From positions 16,556,001 through 16,620,000 of the forward strand of contig NC_087250.1 in NCBI RefSeq assembly GCF_037042905.1: a DNA stretch of 64,000 bases, given 5' to 3'. The notes under the pieces are model-generated. The model searched no databases. It saw nothing but the letters and a program-made list of their open reading frames with translations, and was not told the origin of the DNA. A program made the position numbers and the translations under genes. Below, piece by piece: positions 38,111 to 53,420 of the stretch (positions are counted from its first letter, which is position 1; each line of letters begins with the position of its first letter). The stretch comes from Lytechinus pictus. Lineage: Eukaryota.

Positions 38111-41100
38111 ACTGTAACCTCTGTAGCTGGCCTCCGGGGAGCAACATTGCCTGTCGTTCAACAAAATGTTGGCTCCCCGTCTTACCTTAAGATGCTGTAA
38201 GAGGGACACACACGCACCACCCGTACACTGTATAGTGCACCAACAATACCTCCAAAGGATCACCACATCACCTGAAGCACTGGCAGCACCTGACACGCTC
38301 AAACCTATATAGGACGCGAAATTATTTTTCCCCCACCGCAGTTCCTGACCCCAAGTCTATAAGAATATTCATAACATGCGTCTTGGGCTACAAAATTTAT
38401 TGTAGCCGCTCACGTTGCCACGAATTCAGCATCCTTAAATTACCGATACCCCTACATAAGCCTTAGGCTTTGATCTCTATTTAGGTCCAATTCTTGCACA
38501 CTTATCAAATTGGCATCAATGACAAGACAAAATGCTAGGCTAGGCTAGGGCTCGGGCTAGCCTATAGTGTCATGGTTAACCTAGAACCGGTAAATTCCGA
38601 ACTTTACGTTCCAAGGTTACCAAACTCTTGATCTGACGTAAGTAAACGTAACGTTCGGAATTAACCAGTACTAAGTTAACCGTGACATTAGGCCAGCCCT
38701 AGCCTAGTCTAGCATTTTGTCTTGTCATTTAAGAATTGGATTTAGATATAGATCTAAGGCCTTTGTAAGGGTACCGGTATTTGGAGGGTGCTGATTTATT
38801 CGTGACAACGTGAAAAACGCAATCATTTTTTTCACGCATGCGTACTCTTATTCCGAAGACTCAATTATATCATGAATATTCATTATGTAGAATTGGGGTC
38901 GGATCTGAAAATTTCGCCTCCAGGAGAGCGTGCACGCTTTCTGGGACAGTACTTCAAGGTGCAAGGTTCGACTTATCTTACTTTAAGTGTGCATCGTGTT
39001 ATCGGTTAAGATCTGCTTTAGAATGCAAAGCTTTACCTTAGAAGTAATATTTATGGGTGCTCCACTGGGGTAAAACAAAAATAAGAAACAAGGGGGGGGG
39101 GCAGCGAGGAAGAAAATGAAAGTTAAGGGGAATAGTAAAACTGAATGAAATAAAGGGAGGGGAATGATTGCAATCATATATATAACAAAAACAAATGTTC
39201 TTCACTGTTTGCGCTAGAAGTGACTGTTGAGTGAGATAAATACATGGTCTGCTGGAAAAGATTACATTGGGCTTAAAATATCGATTTTTAAAGTCAATAT
39301 GCAATTGACAAGTTTTCGCGCAATATATTTCATTATTTGTTTTGAGCGATACGCATCCTTGCTAAAGATTATGCTTTGGTCACACGGCCATGTTACAGAC
39401 CTGCGGATGCCTTCGTATATTTAGATAATGAAAATGCGTAATTTTTACCCACAATAACGGAAATTTGAGCAAATTACCTATATTCTGCAGACGATATTAG
39501 TTATGGATGTTACGTATGAAATACGGATGTTACGGGTAAAATCTGCGAATGAAACCATCCGCTGCTAATCCTGGCACAGACACATGTAACGGACGATTTA
39601 CGGATGTAACGGACGACTTGCAGACTTTAGGGATGACCTACGGACATGTCAACGTCCTCTGGCGTCCGCATCATCCGCATATAAACCTACGTGGAGCGGA
39701 ACTTGCTTCAGTCGCATTTCATCAGGCCTGGGAGCTAGAATTGTTTACCATAGTGTGCTTAAATATGCTTACAGACTGATTGGAGATATACAGATTGTTT
39801 GCAAATATACAGAATGGAAAAAGAAAGTCTTCATTCAATATTTCTCCACAAATCATATCATCAAATGCAAAGTGCATGTAATATTTTACAAACAATATTA
39901 CATATACTAAATAGGTTCATTATTGCGGATTGAAATAATCGCTAGAGGGTATTCATTTGTCTCGCAATCTACTATGGTCAACAAGGAAATTCGTGATCAC
40001 TCTCGCAAAAAGTGTTCACTGGCTTTCTAGGAAATTCGTGATCACTCTCGCAAAAAGTGTTCACTAGCTTACAAGTTCACGAGCTTTCGAGTGCCGCTGC
40101 AACTCTTTATCAAGTGACACTTGATAAAGATAAGTGACACTTGATAAAGAGTTGCAGTGGCACTCGAAAGCTCGTGAACAATATTACATATGTATAGCAA
40201 ACAAAATATATATATTTCTTGCGTGCTCATAACGCGTTCTATCTCATGCTGATATTTTAATTTCTTGGACATTATGAAAACGATAAACAACCATTCAAAT
40301 ACCTAGTTAAAATATATCATATTTATTATACAAAATATAAAAAAAAAAAAAAAATAATTTCTACCTGGTATACCATATACAAACTTTTTTTTGAGAGTGA
40401 TTTTTTTAATCATCTAAAAATCGACGAGTGAAGAAGTCCAAGCTGAAGAAAATCCCCAAAAGGCACTCGAAAAATCCCCAAATTGGACTCTATATCCCTA
40501 AATTTTGTAATCACAATAATTTCTGAAAAAGTGAGGACATTTATCATGGTTATAGCCCAAAACTATAGTTAATATGTGCGTGTTTGTTCACACCTTACAT
40601 ATCAGATTTGTTTTTTTCGATTCAAAGTAGATTTGCAAAACTACCATTGTATCGTACAGCCAACCAATTTCAATGCAATGAATACATCAGTTGAATTGCG
40701 TAGGAAATGCGTGATGTAAATTCTATGATCTACAATAGATTGTATACTATTATTAGCATCATATTACTGAAAACTTGAAAATAAAAAAATCTTAGTGCTT
40801 TTCACCGAAACCTTCAAAAATCCCCTAAACTGCTTGAAAATCCCCAAATTTATTTTCATCCTCCCAAATTATTTTCAATCCCTAAACAAAAGGCTTTTCA
40901 AAATCCCCAAATTTTCAAATGGCAACACTGTTCCCAGAATAAATAGGCAATAGTTTTAGACTGTTTTGAAGAAAACAAACACAAATCAGATTTTAATGTA
41001 CGAAAAGTTTTTCTTTTGCTTTTCATTTTTTTTTTCAATGGAAATTATCACATACCATTTCACAACTGAATTAAACCTAAAATTAATTAAGCAGACCAAT

Positions 41101-41707
41101 TACAACAAAATTATCCTTTTATGAATTTCCCATAGACTTTGTACACGAAGTAAAAAAAAAAAGGGTCATTTTCGGCACGATATTGTCTCATAAAAAGTCA
41201 TGTGGCGTCGTGATGCTAAACCCGTTTATGAATTAGGTGTATTATTTCAAACATCGCGATTGGCCAATACGCGTCACATGACATCCAAATTTTTTGTGCA
41301 TTGCACTGCAGTGCAAAACGTGCGAAACGAAAATTGACATTGCACGCTCAAGCAAACCAGTGCGGTAGAAGTCCCGGGAGAAGTCCAACAAAACTTTACT
41401 ATAACTTTTTAAGAATTTGTTTCTGTGTTGCTATTTTATAAAACAATTAATGCACTTGCTCTGTCGTGCGTACAAGTAAATGCAGAGAAAGCTCAGTTTC
41501 TTCAGGTGGTGCACACTGGGGACTCGCCGCCAGCGGCTCGTGCACAGTGCGGCGCCTTTTGCGTATCGCGACAGCGCCATCTTTCGATATTACTTTACCT
41601 CAGCTTGCCAAACAAACTCAGTTGTTGTTTTTTACAAGTGCACACCTAGTTACAAATAATGCGTAAAGCATTTTCTTTTATTTGAATGCAGGATAAAAGA
41701 GCACATA

Positions 41708-41780
41708 GGTGTCGTAGCCGGGATCGAACCCGGACTTACCATGTATAGCCAGGCGCCTTAGACCACTCGGCCACGGCACC
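41708..41780 (-). repeat. tRNA-derived (Leu/Ser-like) pseudo-tRNA or SINE head
   Basis: GGTGCCGTGGCCGAGTGGTCTAAGGCG...GGGTTCGATCCCGG...CGACACC; the anticodon arm pairs poorly. Confidence 0.55.
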
Positions 41781-44700
41781 TCCACTGAAAGATGGTTGCC
41801 TTCAGCAGTTAAACGATGTGGTCAGTATACGGACAAAGATTACAATAGTTTCATCACTTTAGTTGACAGTGTAAATACCCCTAAATATATCAAAGTATAT
41901 ACTTTTGTTTTGTTCTGAGGTGGGAGTGAATATTCACATACTTGTATTTAAAGAGCTCACTTGCAAAAGGGGTTAGGTCCATTTTCATCATTTTTTTTTT
42001 GTCTCAATGTATATATTTTTAGTAGCTCTATAAGGTGATACCAAAGAAAAGTAGAAATTCCCATTAAAAAGTTATCTAAAATGGCAAAGAAAAATAACTT
42101 TTTTTTCAAAAGGGTTTAGGTCCATTTCAGTTTGGTTGCAAAAGGGGTTAGGTCCACATATAATTTTTTTGGAAAAGAATATTTAAAAAAATATTAAGAC
42201 AAGTAGATTTATTTTATACCCAATCTTATGTTCTCAAGGTAGTGTATCATGAAAATTTAGTTTCGCATAAAAATATTGCAATATGGGAGAATAAAAGAAA
42301 TGATTTTCTTGGAGTGGACCTAACCCCTTTTGCGAACAAACTCTTCTGAAGAGCTCATTTGTCAAAAGGGTTTAGGTCCATTGTTACAAAACCTCTAAAT
42401 TTTTAGTCTCTCTGATGAAAAAAAAAATGAAATTTACATGAAAACGTGAATAAAAGTGGCAAAGAAAAATCACTTTTTTAATAAAAATAGATTGGATTCA
42501 TTTAAGTTTACTTGCAAAAGGGGTTAGGTCCACAATTATAATGTTTAAAAGTATATATAGAAAAAAAATAAAGACAGGTAGATTTCTTTTATACCCAATT
42601 TCATGTTCACATGATAGATAGATAGATAAATTTTATTTTCACACGGTAAAAAACCCAAACAGATACAGAGTCTGATTTGCATTGGGGCCATGCCATGAAT
42701 AAAATGTACAAAGTTAAAGGCACCCAATCTTAGTATACATGTACATAAATAATACATAAAACATAATAATCGTAATTATTACCAGGTGATAATACAAAAA
42801 AGTTAAGTTTATACAAATAATTACGAATTGTAATCAAATGATAAGTTGGACATAAACAGAATATCTCCAATATGAATGCATAATACACAAAATATAACAC
42901 TATTACAGGGTGAAATATTACTCAGATACATAATTATAGGGTAGTACATAATGACAGTTTAGTTTCTCATAAGAATATTGCAGTAAGTGAGAATGAAAAA
43001 CACGGTTTTTCTCGAAATGATCCAAAGTGTACATAACCCCTTTTGCAACTAAACTCTTCATTTGAAGATCTAAGCTTCGAAGGCCGTGATGAAATTATTT
43101 GTTAGCCTTGTACAGGATGTGTGATCGCAAATTAAAAAACAAACATACTCTGTCCAATTTCGAAATTCTAAGTTAAACTATGGGTTTCGATGCCTCCATT
43201 AGCTTTTAATAGCTAAAAACTAAACTCGGAAATAAATAATACTAAAATTTTACATATTGATAACCATTCTTAACAAAGTGTTTCTGTATTTATTGATATT
43301 TAACACATTAATCACATTTATTGTTATGCATATTAAAACATACAAAATGATATTACTAATTGTGACGGTTACATAATTATGATAGATAGTAGACGTAATT
43401 TACATACAAACAAGCGATAACACTTGAAAAAATTAAAATTCAGTGGACAGCTATCATAAGCAAACGGGGGAAAACTGTTTTTTTTAACTTACGTTTTCAT
43501 GTAACTTTTCAATGAAAACTATTTTAAGGGATTTTAATCAGACAATTGCTCATTAAAGTTAAATGATGCATGGATGTAAGCACATTTAGTTCCTACAGTG
43601 TATTTTCATTTAAATAATGATATTAATACTGATGATAATTATAGTGACTGCTGATAAAGGGTACAGATCCACCCATTGGTGCTCATGGCGCTTCAAGGTC
43701 AAGTCCACCCCGGAAAATGTTGATTTAAAAAATAGAGAAAAATCAAACTAGCATTACGTTGAAAATGTCATCAAAATCGGATGTAAATTAAGAAAGTTAT
43801 AGCATTTCAAAGGCTTTCAATGGCTTATTTTCCACAAAACAAAGATATGCACAACTCAGCGACATACAAATGAGTCAGTCGATGATGTCCATCACTCACT
43901 ATTTCTTTTGTTTTTTATTGTTTAAATTATACAACATTTCATTTTTTACAGATTGGACAATAATGGCCCACTTGACTGAACCATATAGTATTAAACAATG
44001 CTAATTTCTAATTTTTAGGGAGGAAATAAATATTGTTTCACTTGAAATTGAGGAGAAAATTAGAATAATTCATATTTCATATAACAAAATATAAAGAATG
44101 GTGAGTGGATGACATCATACGTCTCCTCATTTGCATACCGACCAGAATATGCACATAACGGTTTTGTGAAAGTAACTGGAACTTTAAAATGTAATAACTT
44201 TCTTATTTTACATCCTATTTTGATGAAATTGCACTGCAAAAACTCCGGTGATGATTTAACACCAGCCCGGAATCTATATATGTCCACACCAGAAATGTAT
44301 TGAAACAACACCAGTTTGGAATCAAACCGATGTTGTTTGATACTAATTGGTGTTATATAAACACCTATCTGGTGTTAGACCAAAACGAAACTAGTGTTGT
44401 TTAACACTTTTCTGGTGTGGACATGTATAGATTACGGGCTGGTGTTAAATCAACACCAGAGTTTTTGCAGTACGTCATCGTTATGCTTGTTGGATTTTTC
44501 TCTTGTCATTCAAATAAACTTTTTGTTGGGGTAGACTTGTCCTTTCAAGAACGTACTAGATACATAAACATAAAGAGCTATTAAAATCAAATACAATTAT
44601 ACAATAATAGAAAATATGAATTTTAGGTTTGCATGGAATATGCAGAATTGTTTTCATCTCAATATCTTTTAACTTCTAGACTGTCTTAAGTATTACATAT

Positions 44701-45362
44701 ATAAAACACATAATGGGTTAAACGTGTTGAAATTGAAATAATTTAATATGCATTTTATCGAAAGTATGATATTGGATTTTGCATTAATTGTTAGCGTAAA
44801 AATTACCAGTGGATTAGGCATGCTTTGCATGAAAAAAGTATTTTGATTTCGTGTTTTACGTCATGTATACGACACCACTCCTCATGTGTATTATGACATG
44901 GTCTGAACATCACATGGTGTGATATATATGTGAACGTAACTTTCTTGTGTGTAGTTACCAATATGTAGGATGTTTTAAAGTGTCCTTTTTACAGTCCCAA
45001 ATTTTTAATGCAACCCATTTTCTACTATGAAATAATAATAATAATAATAATATAGGATTTGTATAGCGCACGTATCCACCTTGCTAGGTGTTCAAGGCGC
45101 TCCTATATTACCCCGGCTATTAAGCTAGTCTACCAATTCTGGTGCGCACAGCTTTTTGAGGAATTACTTCCTGCCGGTACCCATTTACCTCACCTGAATC
45201 GAGAGCAGCACAGTGTGGATAAATTTCTTGCTGAAGGAAAACACGCTGTGGCTAGGATTCTAACTCACGACCCTCTGTTTTGAAAGGCGAGAGTCAGAAC
45301 CACTAGACCACGACGCGCCCACATAGGTTTAAGACTGAGTCAAACGCACAAGGTAAATTGAT

Positions 45363-45525
45363 TTATGTTGTTTTGCGGAAGACATATTGATAATACGCCG
45401 GTGAATCCACCTCTTCACATGACTTGAAATCAGCAAAAGTGTCGTATTCACAGTCTTCCCCAAAAATCTCTTTCAGAAGACTTAAAAATTTATGCGTCCG
45501 GATCGCTTGCAAAGGGATCGTCACT
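45363..45525 (-). CDS. GNMT-like: GNMT-like gene B terminal exon 5
   Basis: TACAG| (R)VTIPLQAIRTHKFLSLLKEIFGEDCEYDTFADF...PAYYQYVFRKTT*; 163 nt. Confidence 0.88.
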
Positions 45526-45804
45526 CTGTATAATTCATAAAACAAAAACAAAAACAAAATTGAAGTTAACATTTCATAAAATATATTTTCACAAAGTAAT
45601 AATACTTGGGATATGTCGGACGGATTATAATTCATTTTCTGGAAACTTCTTTTAACATTATTTAACATTTTCTTTCAGCCTTGCAATTGGTAATGCAGGC
45701 AGGCCGAGATCTTGTTCTACAGTCAGACTACACACATTTTTTTTCGAATAGCAAAATTATCATATTTATCTATTCGTCGAGGGTAATCCAGAGTATATGT
45801 ATAA

Positions 45805-45879
<75 letters not shown>

Positions 45880-48800
45880 GAGTTCGGTTGCAAAAGGGGT
45901 TAGAACCCAGGGGTCCACTTCCATTGAAGAGTGGGTACCACGCGTGGCCAAAGAAACAAGTCAAGAGGATCTCTTTTTTCAAGATAGGGCACGTTACGTA
46001 ATATGGGTGTCAAAAACGATACAATTATTTTAAAAAGGGTATATAGTTCGCTTAGAAAGCTACGTGTATATGGTCCAATTTGCGAGGGTATAAAAAGACT
46101 AAAATGCTTTAATAAAGGATGTACTACATGTATTTTGCACCAACACTACGTGTTTAGGGTCCTGTGGGAGATGGAGCGGTCCCGGGAAACTTACTCATAA
46201 GCTGTTTGTTTGTATGCTTTTCTGATGTAATTATTGTAAGTCAAACAGGCATGTATTGCTGCTCATGCTGTACCTGTTTAGGGGGTCAAAGTAAGGGAAT
46301 ACTTGTCAATTGTACCGTTTTGTTTCCAAAACTTAAGGGAAGGGTTTTCAGTGGTGCATTTTCGGAACATGGAAAATACTAGGGTGCTTTTCGAAACCCC
46401 ATGATCACGCATGATATCCACTCGTCCATGGAAGTGCTACCCCCCCCCCCCCCGGGAAGGATGACATTTAATGCGATTTACGGTTGAAAAATTTTGTTGA
46501 TTCCATTAGCGAATTGTTATCTAGTTTATATTACAAAATATCATATTTTTGTTTTTGGCTGGATTGAAATGTGGAAAGAGTGTTTTCATACGATATGAGG
46601 TTCCCTTTTTTATTCATTATCTGCCTGAAGTGCATGTCAAGGTTAGGCATTTGTATCTCCATCGGCCTAAAAATGCTATTTACGAATTCGGTGGAAGTGC
46701 ATACGTGTATACCGTGAGGGCTTTTAAAAACAAATCAAAGGACGCATATTTTTTCTTTCATGTTTTTTTGTTATAACTTTTCTTTCTGTCTGGCTGGTTC
46801 TTTTGATCCAACACTTTGCCAGGTTTACCGAAAAGGTCCATGTATATGACCAGGGGGTCGTTTCATAAAGCTGTTCGTAAGTTAAGAACGACTTTAAGAA
46901 CGACTGGTGAGCCTTTCTTACGGGCTTAATCATTGTCACTGAATATAACATTTACCACAAGAAAGGATCACCAATCGTTCTTAAAGTTGCTCTTAACTTT
47001 AATACGAACAGCTTTATGAAACACCCACCTGGAAAAGTTGTTAAGGGCAATGTTTTTTGGTTGATTTGTGTTCTGGATGGGTTTTAAAGTAAATTGTGCT
47101 TCGTTGCCATCTCGTCAACCTTGGGAAATTCGAATTAGCATAGTTAGTATAATCATGTTATTAGCATACTTCTTTTATGTAGTATGCTACTAAATAATAA
47201 AGCAGAAAGATTGAAAACAAAGGATACAATTGTTCTAAGGGTTCCAGTGACGAGATATTGGGTGTACAAGTCCCTCCCAGTTTCCGCGAGTTGGAACTCG
47301 CGGAAACCAGGGGGATGGTACATTTTCAGGATTTGTTTAAGATTAAACAGAGCGCAGTACGGGTCACGAAGAGTTATGAACGAGTAGTACCGAGTACTGC
47401 TCGAGTGATTGCGATCTTTTCTCGAGTTTGGCAGAGTTTACTGAGAGTCTTTCAAGATCTTCATACGAGTAATTCAGCCCTTGATAGGTGGGAGTTGTCG
47501 TGCTTTCTGCTTTTTCTGAGATGGATGACCAGATAAACCTTCTGGATGGACCTTCAAACTCTGACTCGGAACCAATAACAATTGTTCTTTCATACTTGTA
47601 TCAAATTTGATGAAATGGGGTTCTGAATGGTGAAAGACAATCAGGCATGAAGGGGGGGGGTGCGAATATATGTGTAGTAGTGCTCAAAAGTTAGTGGGGC
47701 CCAGCAGAGAATGAACATATCTAAAGTGTTGAAGTTATGTCATGTTTTAGATATATGATTGTGAAGTCAGGTGATACAATATTACATTAAAGTTTGCTTT
47801 ATAGTGCATGGCTCCCTGAACGTTGTAGTGATATTGTCTACACTCAACACTCAGCACAATGGAGTACATTTTGTGGTGGGGTTCACTAACAACTCTTTTT
47901 TTTTTTACATGTAAACATTGTTCCTGACAACCTGAAAGCTTGCCGAAGACTGACAAGACATAACAATTAATGTGTGTCAGGTGTTGTAGTATACTTAGCA
48001 ACAGCTAAAAAGAAACACCTTGTAATTGTTACTACACACCGATGAAAAAACATTGACTGACTTATAGTAAAAAGACCTATTATCTTGATGTTGATTTCAT
48101 GCAAAGAGGGGGGCCTTCTAAGAAATGAATGAATAACTTAAGAGATATCTGAAAGAGTGTTATTGACTTTCGTAAAATAAGGGAGGCTATATGTAGCAAC
48201 GTTAAGCTGCTTGTGAAAACAACTACTATCAGGATTCAAAGGTAAAATAATAGGACCCTCTAGCAAAAAGAGTATTCTTTATGTTTTCAGTCTTTCTGGT
48301 TTAAGATTTGTAACACATTGCATCATAAAAATATGCTAATTACATGATTATATATACTATGCTAATTCAAATTTCCCAAGGTTGCCGAGATGACAACCAA
48401 GCTCAATTTACTTCAAAACCCATCTACACTGTTATAAAAAAAACAGAGGATTTTACAGAAGAAAGAAAAACAGATTTTACAGAAAGAAGTAACCAAATCA
48501 TTCTGTAAATTGTTAAAACAGAAAAAAATGTATACAATTGTTATAGAATTTTACAGAACAGGTCTGTTTTAAAAAGGGGAAAACAGTTTTATTACAATAA
48601 ATTTGTAAGATTACATACACCAAATATATATTTTCTGTAATTTTACACAAATGCATGTAATATTACACAGTGCAGTAAGATTACAGGTGTTCTCGAGACT
48701 CTGCTGCAGGAATTTTTGTTTTTTTAAGTAGAAATTTTCTAACAGTGTAGAACACAAATCAACCAAAAAACATTGCCCGTAACAACTTTCCCAGGTCATG

Positions 48801-51800
48801 TACATGGGCTATGGGGCTTTCCACTGGACTTTTTCGGTAAACCAGGCAAAGCGTTGGATCAAAAGAACCAGCCAGACAGAAAGGAATGTTATAACAAAAA
48901 CCATGAAAGAAAAAATATCTGTTCACTGGTTTCTTTTTAAAAGCCCTCACGGTATATGCACTTCCAATCGATTGCCTAACCCTGACACGCACTTCAGGCA
49001 AATAATGAATATAAAAGGACCTCATATCGCATGAAAACACTCTATATTTTGTAAATTGTCCCAAACGATTGTGGTTATATATTTTGACCTTATTTGTATG
49101 TTGATTGTATTATATATATTTTTTATATTTGAAGACAATAAGCATGCATTCCAGGGCTCTCCACTAATTGTTCAACTTTTCAAAATAATAATCGCGGCAA
49201 CTCCATCCGGAGCGGGTTGCTGAACCTCAGCATGAATTTTAATTCGATACAAACGCGATAAAAAGGAAGACTCTGGATGACATTGAAACTGTACTAATTT
49301 TGTCTTCCCTGCATAGCAGAGTGAGACTATAGTCGCAGTTTTTCCGACGGCGGCGGCGGCGGCGTCAACATCAAATCTTAACCGAAGGTTAAGTTTTTGA
49401 AATGACAGAATAACTTGGAAAGCATATGAACCTAGTTCATGAAACTAGGAAAAAAGTTAATGAAGTATTACTGAACATCCGTCATGAGTTTCAGGTCACA
49501 TGACTAAGCTCAAATGTCATTTAGGGTCAATAAACTTAGACCATGTTGGGGACTCAACATCAAAATCTTAACCCAAGGTTAAGTTTTGAAATGTCATCAT
49601 AACTCCGAAAGTATACATATTTCATTAAACTCGGACATATTTATCGTGAATTAATGATGAAAAACATAAATTTTCTGATATATTTCGAGGTCATTGACCT
49701 TAAGTTCATTGACCTCTAGAGGTCAGCAGAGGCCAAATCTGTATTATATTCTAATTTCAAAATAAAGCCTATGGTAAGATATAACACTGGTAAGAGTTTA
49801 ATGCTTAAATCATAATTTTTTGAAAGGGCTTTGGTCAGATCAGGCTTTGTACTACTACTACTACCAGGCGCGGATCCAAGGGGGGGGGGGCGAGCCGGCC
49901 CCGGCCCCGGCCCCCCTATTTTTTGGCAACCCAAAAAAAAATCCTTTTAACTTTACAGAAACGCTGAAAAAAAAACAGAAAGAAAGGTACGAATGGGTAT
50001 TACCCATGTTTAATTTACAGCCTCTTAACGGCCGGCCCGATCCCAGACCTACTTGCAGTGGCACTGCATTCTGTTAGTTCACAAACTGTAGGTAAACCAC
50101 GCTACCGCAACTGCGCGCATCAAGACATTCTCCTGCACATGGGTCACCTGCACTCCATCAACGGCCGATTAGCTCGATAGGAGGATTACCATATGTGCAC
50201 AAGTAGGCTGTAAAACAGTATTTCAAAAAATTCTCAAAATGTCCTGTTTTCAGGCCCTTATATCAACGGATTTCGAGCTCTCATTAATATTCGATTGATA
50301 AATAAGGTAACAGTTTCACGAATTCCTAATAATGAAATTGTCCCTTTTTCAGAATGGAATATCGATATCGACAAGTTTCATCTCGCGATTAGGAAGAGGA
50401 ATAGGAAAAAATAGTCATTTTCATATGATGACAAAATGTCCTTACAATTTATCCGGGTGCTTGGTCTAAGTAATAATTAAAACAAATCGACTCACGCTCA
50501 CATCATTCAAGTACGATCCATATCCACTTCACAATTTTCCTACGATGCTTGAAATAGTGCTTAAATTGACCCTCTTCAGAACGCCTTCAATTTTTTTTTC
50601 AGCTCGCGCTTGCGCTTTATTGATTTTCATGATAAAAGAAATGTATCTAGAATGCAGATTTTAGGTCTAAATCTAAAAAACACGCAGTTTGTTTTTTATT
50701 CAAAACGTGCTTGAATATTTCAGTTTCAGGTCAGAATATCAAAAGTTTTCCTTTTGCGCTTCGCGCTCGCATTATTAATGGAGGAAAATACCCAATTAGT
50801 CAACATTTTTGTGATTTACGAAACATGAATAAATAAATGTGTCCCGTTTTTAGGTATTAATCTATTTTTTTCGCTCGCGCTTCGCGCTCGCATGAAATGT
50901 TTAGTTATATACCTTTTCTGTATATGATTACAAAAAGTGCTTAGAATGTTCATATTTTAGGTCAAAATGTCATAAATTTTCAGCTCGCGCTTCGCGCTTG
51001 CATTATTTGATTGTTGAAATATGTATTGTTTTCATGGGTAACTGCAAACAGTTCTTACGGTTTTCCGTCAGGCCAGAACGTATATTGAAAAATTCTGCTA
51101 GCGATTCGCGCTCGCAGTTATTATTTAGTTACATACACAGCTTGTTTACGATCACAATCATTGCTCAGAACAGTGGCGTAACTACGGGGGGCTTGGGGGG
51201 GGGGGGCACGTGCTCCCTCCCCCAATCGGCTGGCCAAAAAAAAAAAAACGGGGAAAAGGAGAAAAAGAGGGAGAAAGGGAGAGAAACGTAGTGGGGAAAG
51301 AAGAAATTATTGTTAATTATAATGTTTTATTATGTTATAATTATGTTATGTTATATTATTTAAAAAAATAATAATAATTTTATGAAACATAATTTGCGCA
51401 AGGCATATGTCTTCATTGTTCTTGGTGCTCGCAATGACTACAAAAAGTGCTTCATGTCAAGATGTATATTATTCTAACAAAATCAGCAAGAGATTGGCAC
51501 TCACAAAAGATGACTATGGTGAGATATGTATACTCTTAATGGATCCTAAAATATAGTCCTTATGATGTCCCTGTTTGGGGTCAATATATACAAAAATTTC
51601 AGCTCGCGCTTCGCGCTGGCATTGTTTGTTTAGGTGGACAGGTATGTAATATGTTTACAAAAATTGCTTATAATGTCCTTTACAGGTCTGAATTTCAAAA
51701 AATTTCAGCTCGCGCTTCGCTCTCGCATTATGTGATCAGTGAGATACATAACCGTTTAATGGCACTGTCCTAAAAATGTCTCTATTATGTCAGTATACCT

Positions 51801-53376
51801 GGCAACTGAGCGCGCCTCGCGCGCTATTTAAGTGAGTCATTTCTTTTGCTGGTGCCCCCCCCCCCCAAATGCCGTGACCCACGGTACGCCACTGGCTCAG
51901 AATATTCAATTTTCAGGACAAAATACATGAAATTTCCGTAAAAATTTGCTCGCGCTCGTACTATTCAATTAAGGCTTATATGACATTATTTATGTAATTT
52001 CGGTTTGAGCGGTTTCAGTTTCCCCTGTACAAATACGCAATAGGGGATACAACCACACTGACCGCGATCAGTCGAAACGTCGTAGCGCCTTGTCACGTGC
52101 AAAAATCATTGTAGCGACGATACGACGGTTTTGCATTTGCATATCAAGTGCGCGCAGCTGTTGTTTGCTTTGCTACAGTGCACGATTCCAATGCCGGGAT
52201 TTGCGTATTTTATCAAACAGTGTATGGCATCGCCCTGAAAATCCGCACATAATAAAATAAAGTGAATTGCTGCCTGGAAATCAAAATATACAATAGAGTA
52301 GAACATTTACTCTCAAATTCTGCCAAAATCTCAAAATCGAGTTTTGACCAAAATTGACTGATTCGACGGTTCTGATTAACACCGACGATTAACATCAAAC
52401 TAATATGATAAATGCATTTTTCAAACAATAATCTGGCAGAATATTATTACGATTTGAAGGAGCTCGGAGAAAAGCCTTCAGATGCACCACCAAACCGATC
52501 CTCTTACCAACGAACGTAGAGGGCGTTAATAATGGCTATGTACACTGCAAAGTTTTGAAGCCCTCTATGTCCGTTGCCCCTTACCTTTCAACGATCCCCT
52601 TGGATGGAAGAGAATCCTGTCGATCACTGTGTTCCTGGATCATATCATATGAGATATTTGCAGCAAACGGGTTTCCTCCATTTGTAACAAGCTGGGACTC
52701 CATATTAGCAATGGTATCGTGCTGCGGACAAGGGAAAGAGGAGGGAAACAAACTGGACATAATTGACCCATGATCATGATATTTAACGTCAATTTTGTCA
52801 GAATTTACCATTTTCATTCAAAATAAGGTATAAAGATATGTACTATAGAAATACATGTATTTTATAATGAAGTAAATCGGAATATATAGATGATTCGCAA
52901 AAAAGAGAAAAGCCAAATAAGCCCATTGGTCAATATTTCATCAAACTCGAATGTGGAATAAGTGAATGGCCCATTACATCGGGTTGACGTGTCCAGTTAG
53001 GCAATCGCGTAACCAGACTATTCGAGAAAAGGGTTCCTCATAATTCTGGAAACATCGGGTCCAGTTTACCCGACCTTTTGTACAATTGCCTATAGGCCTA
53101 TTTCATTTTCAAACAAGTGGAGCATCCCTGGCAGTCTCGTCTGCATTACGCCATTCAATAAAACAGCAGTGCTGACTTTGAAAAAAAAAATATTGAATAG
53201 TTATATATTATATATAATAAAATACTACGTTCATTTGTTCTTAATATATATTTCTGAAAATTGAGTTTTCAAGTTTGAGACAATATAAGTTTGTGAAAAA
53301 AAAGATATCCAAATTTGATTGCTCTGCCCCGGCATTGAGCACTTTTGGAAACCTCAACCAATCCCATACCAAGTGG

Positions 53377-53420
<44 letters not shown>

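Noticed and set aside
45766..46033. Poly-(Ile-Tyr) ORFs on both strands
   Set aside because: (TA)n microsatellite artefacts.
50200..51965. CRISPR-like regularly spaced palindromic motif
   Set aside because: Eukaryotic context, spacers similar to each other and no cas genes; it is a dispersed repeat family.
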